64,000 nt of DNA, taken from assembly GCA_004322135.1 (NCBI GenBank), contig SCSG01000020.1:192498-256497 (forward strand). The letters run 5' to 3'. Shown one piece after another: positions 62,085 to 64,000 of this stretch. The notes below the pieces were generated by a model. The model searched no databases. It had not been told where the DNA came from and saw only the letters and a program-made list of their open reading frames with translations. Every line of letters starts with the position of its first letter. Within the stretch, counting starts at the first letter, position 1. The translations under genes were made by a program, and so were the position numbers. The stretch is from Burkholderiaceae bacterium (GTDB lineage: Bacteria; Pseudomonadota; Gammaproteobacteria; Burkholderiales; Burkholderiaceae_B).

Positions 62085-63029
62085 TCATGCCCGTCGTTCG
62101 AGCACGGCGCTCTGTGGCCGAGGCCCTTCGGCCTTGCCCGTGATTGGTGGCTTGGGTAGTCTGGCTTCGCCAGGCTCGACCGTAAAGCGTCGCTCAAGCG
62201 TGTACCAGACGCCGGCAATATCGGGAGCCGGCGCTTTTTCGTTTTCGTGTTGGGTGTAGTCGGCCACCAGTGCCTGCGTCACACCAAATTGCACGTCGGT
62301 GTCGATGTTTGGGTCGTCACTTGAGTACACCTGTGAAAACTGGGTTTTGTAGCCGGGCTTGTATATCATGAAATGGATGTGTGCCGGCCGCATATTGTGT
62401 CGCCCCTGAATGCGCAGCAGTTCGCCGACCACTCCCGAAATGGGTATGGGATAGCCAACGGGCTTGACCGTGCGGAACCAGATGTGACCCTGATCGTCGG
62501 TAGTGAACTTGCCGCGAAGGTTCATGTCGGCTTGTTCGGGGTCCTGGTTTTCGTACAGGCCTTCCCCCGAAGCCTGCCATACGTCGACCTCGGCATTGGC
62601 CACCGGTTTGCCGGTCGGGTCATACACCCAGGCGTCGACGAATACCGGAGCGCCCGGTGTTGCCGACCGCACGATTGAGTCGCCATTTTTGGTGACGGGT
62701 GAATTCATGCGCCAGAATGGGCCCATTAAATTGGCGGTAGTGTCTGTTTGCCCTTGATCGCCATTGTTCAATAGACAAACCAGCGAGGACAGGCCCAGCG
62801 ATCCGGCCGCCAGTACGACTTCGTTGTGGGAGGGAGAAGTCAGTTGGCCCAGTCGGGCCACGTAGGTGCATATCTGATGGAACTCGGCTTCGGTCAGCTT
62901 GGTCTCTCGAGCGAAGTCGTGCAGATGTTGTACGGCGGCGGACATCAATTGGCGAAATCGGGCATTGGGTGCACGATCGATTTCTTGAAGCACGGACTGG
63001 GTCACATCATTCTGATTACGTATGATCAT
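62085..63029 (-). CDS. intradiol ring-cleavage dioxygenase (catechol / hydroxyquinol 1,2-dioxygenase family)
   Basis: LHDFARETKLTEAEF, VDVWQASGEGLYENQD, NLRGKF.TDDQG and GRHNMRPAHIHFMI. The start is uncertain: the ATG at 63029 is preferred and the GTG at 63080 is possible. Confidence 0.85.
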   Translation of the reverse strand: MIIRNQNDVTQSVLQEIDRAPNARFRQLMSAAVQHLHDFARETKLTEAEFHQICTYVARLGQLTSPSHNEVVLAAGSLGLSSLVCLLNNGDQGQTDTTANLMGPFWRMNSPVTKNGDSIVRSATPGAPVFVDAWVYDPTGKPVANAEVDVWQASGEGLYENQDPEQADMNLRGKFTTDDQGHIWFRTVKPVGYPIPISGVVGELLRIQGRHNMRPAHIHFMIYKPGYKTQFSQVYSSDDPNIDTDVQFGVTQALVADYTQHENEKAPAPDIAGVWYTLERRFTVEPGEARLPKPPITGKAEGPRPQSAVLERRA

Positions 63030-63306
63030 CGCGAGCACCTTGAGTGGTAGTCCCAGAAGAGTCCAGTGGGGCAGGTTCACTTATTAGAAAGCATTCTCCT
63101 CGTAGTTTCCAGAGGGACGCTCGGGGTGGACCGGCCGTAATCCTTTCTTCTGTATAACAGGTGAAAGCTTTTGGCCGGCTTGGCGAGAGGGGAAAGCGGT
63201 AAACGGGACTGCCTGAAATCCACGGGCCAGAGCCCGTATGAGGCACATAAGTGTTTGGCAGTCCCGGACCGGTTCGCGTAGCCTGCGGTCAGCAAGTTCG
63301 GCTCAC

Positions 63307-63588
63307 TTAATTTTGTGTGGATTGGTGAGTGTGCAGCTTCCGGAGTTTCTTGTACTTGGCGTAGCGCTTTTGGTACGCGTCGCCGAATACGTCGTATGAA
63401 AGCACATCATAGGTGTGCTGATCAAAACCCGCTTTTTCCCAGTCGATAAGGTCGCTTTTTACTTGCTCGCCGACTGAGGCGGATTGCTGATGTGATGGTG
63501 ATGCCGGTGCTTGCGCACGTGCAACTCCGAAGGCTCCGGAGGCCATCAGGCCGATTATTGCCGCGAATGTAGTGAATGACGTTTTCAT
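63307..63588 (-). CDS. DUF4148-like small secreted protein
   Basis: Signal peptide MKTSFTTFAAIIGLMASGAFGVARA, then ...EQVKSDLIDWEKAGFD..., 93 aa. Confidence 0.68.
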   Translation of the reverse strand: MKTSFTTFAAIIGLMASGAFGVARAQAPASPSHQQSASVGEQVKSDLIDWEKAGFDQHTYDVLSYDVFGDAYQKRYAKYKKLRKLHTHQSTQN

Positions 63589-63830
63589 GATTTTCCTTTA
63601 ATTGAAAGTGATGTGAAGCATGTGAAACATAAAAATGTGTGGGGCAACTATTGACTGTTGGGGCGGGTCGAGCCTTGTGTGACCAGTTATTCCTCGAGCG
63701 ATTTTCTAGTGGCGTTAAGTAAAGAGGGAACGCTATTGCGTCGTTCATGGAACCAATGATGGGGTTGTCTGTAGAATCTGAAAAGACGATAAAATGTGAT
63801 TTGAACGATCTGTATTTGGGATGGATTGCG

Positions 63831-64000
63831 ATGCTGGATGGCGTTTCGCTGGATCAACTCAGGGCCTTTATCGCTGCAGTCGACGAAGGCAGTTTCTCGG
63901 CGGCTGCGCGTAAGCTCTACCGCGCGCAGTCAGCGGTAAGTGGCTGGGTAGGTGGCCTGGAGGATCAACTGGGTGTCGTGCTTTTTGACCGCACTGCCCG
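63831..64000 (+). CDS. LysR family transcriptional regulator (5' part, runs off the window)
   Basis: I translated MLDGVSLDQLRAFIAAVDEGSFSAAARKLYRAQSAVSGWVGGLEDQLGVVLFDRTA, a LysR N-terminal HTH. Divergent from the DUF4148/dioxygenase genes. Confidence 0.82.
   Translation, partial: MLDGVSLDQLRAFIAAVDEGSFSAAARKLYRAQSAVSGWVGGLEDQLGVVLFDRTA

Noticed and set aside
63081-63306. A cobalamin or other known riboswitch in the structured spacer (GGGAAAGCGGTAAAC resembles part of a B12 element on the plus strand).
   Set aside because: The resemblance is on the non-transcribed strand for the flanking genes. There is no B12 box (GCCACUG-like) and no GGUG..AA.CC core. A dioxygenase gene is not an expected B12-regulated target.

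Overview
This is a GC-rich, densely coded bacterial chromosome segment. Gene content and order, plus a Bordetella BpH1-like Ala/Lys histone H1 protein, suggest a betaproteobacterium of the Burkholderiales/Alcaligenaceae type; that placement is inference only. All calls come from reading the ORF translations and the DNA by eye. No homology search, GC calculation or RNA folding was run.

I support about 66 protein-coding genes, and most are conserved housekeeping backbone:
- pyrE, gatCAB, mreBCD-mrdA-rodA, mutY, ftsEX
- an AapQMP-like amino-acid importer and a YiaD-like OmpA lipoprotein
- proB, obg, rpmA-rplU, argJ
- hemL, thiE, a ThiD-like gene, rubredoxin, yqgE-ruvX
- an acyltransferase, apaH, lptG, mtgA, aroE, a TonB-domain protein
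- an RNase II-family enzyme, yqiA, mpl, a TlpA-like thioredoxin
- aroQ-accBC-prmA, a DUF3426 zinc-ribbon protein, a PfkB kinase, a SlyB-like lipoprotein, yggT

I recognised no rRNA, tRNA, CRISPR array, IS/transposase, integrase, phage gene or defence-type gene.

Four parts look accessory:
1. 21.1-29.5 kb holds a MarR-controlled cluster: an HpaB-family flavin oxygenase, a complete LivHMGF+K-type ABC importer and a UbiD-family decarboxylase. Their usual partner genes are absent.
2. 31.0-39.3 kb holds a MarR-controlled CoA-dependent aerobic anthranilate/salicylate-type cluster: a fused FAD-monooxygenase/OYE-reductase, an SDR, an enoyl-CoA hydratase, an acyl-CoA dehydrogenase, an aryl-CoA ligase and RidA. 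A 24-bp palindrome overlaps its predicted -10 box.
3. 61.1-62.1 kb is a visibly AT-richer orphan stretch containing a reading frame split by one in-frame TGA.
4. 62.1-64.0 kb holds a lone intradiol dioxygenase, a DUF4148 gene and a LysR gene, with a highly structured intergenic spacer.

I did not find a clear-cut novel multi-gene system such as a defence island. The 21-29.5 kb module is the best candidate for uncharacterised biology.
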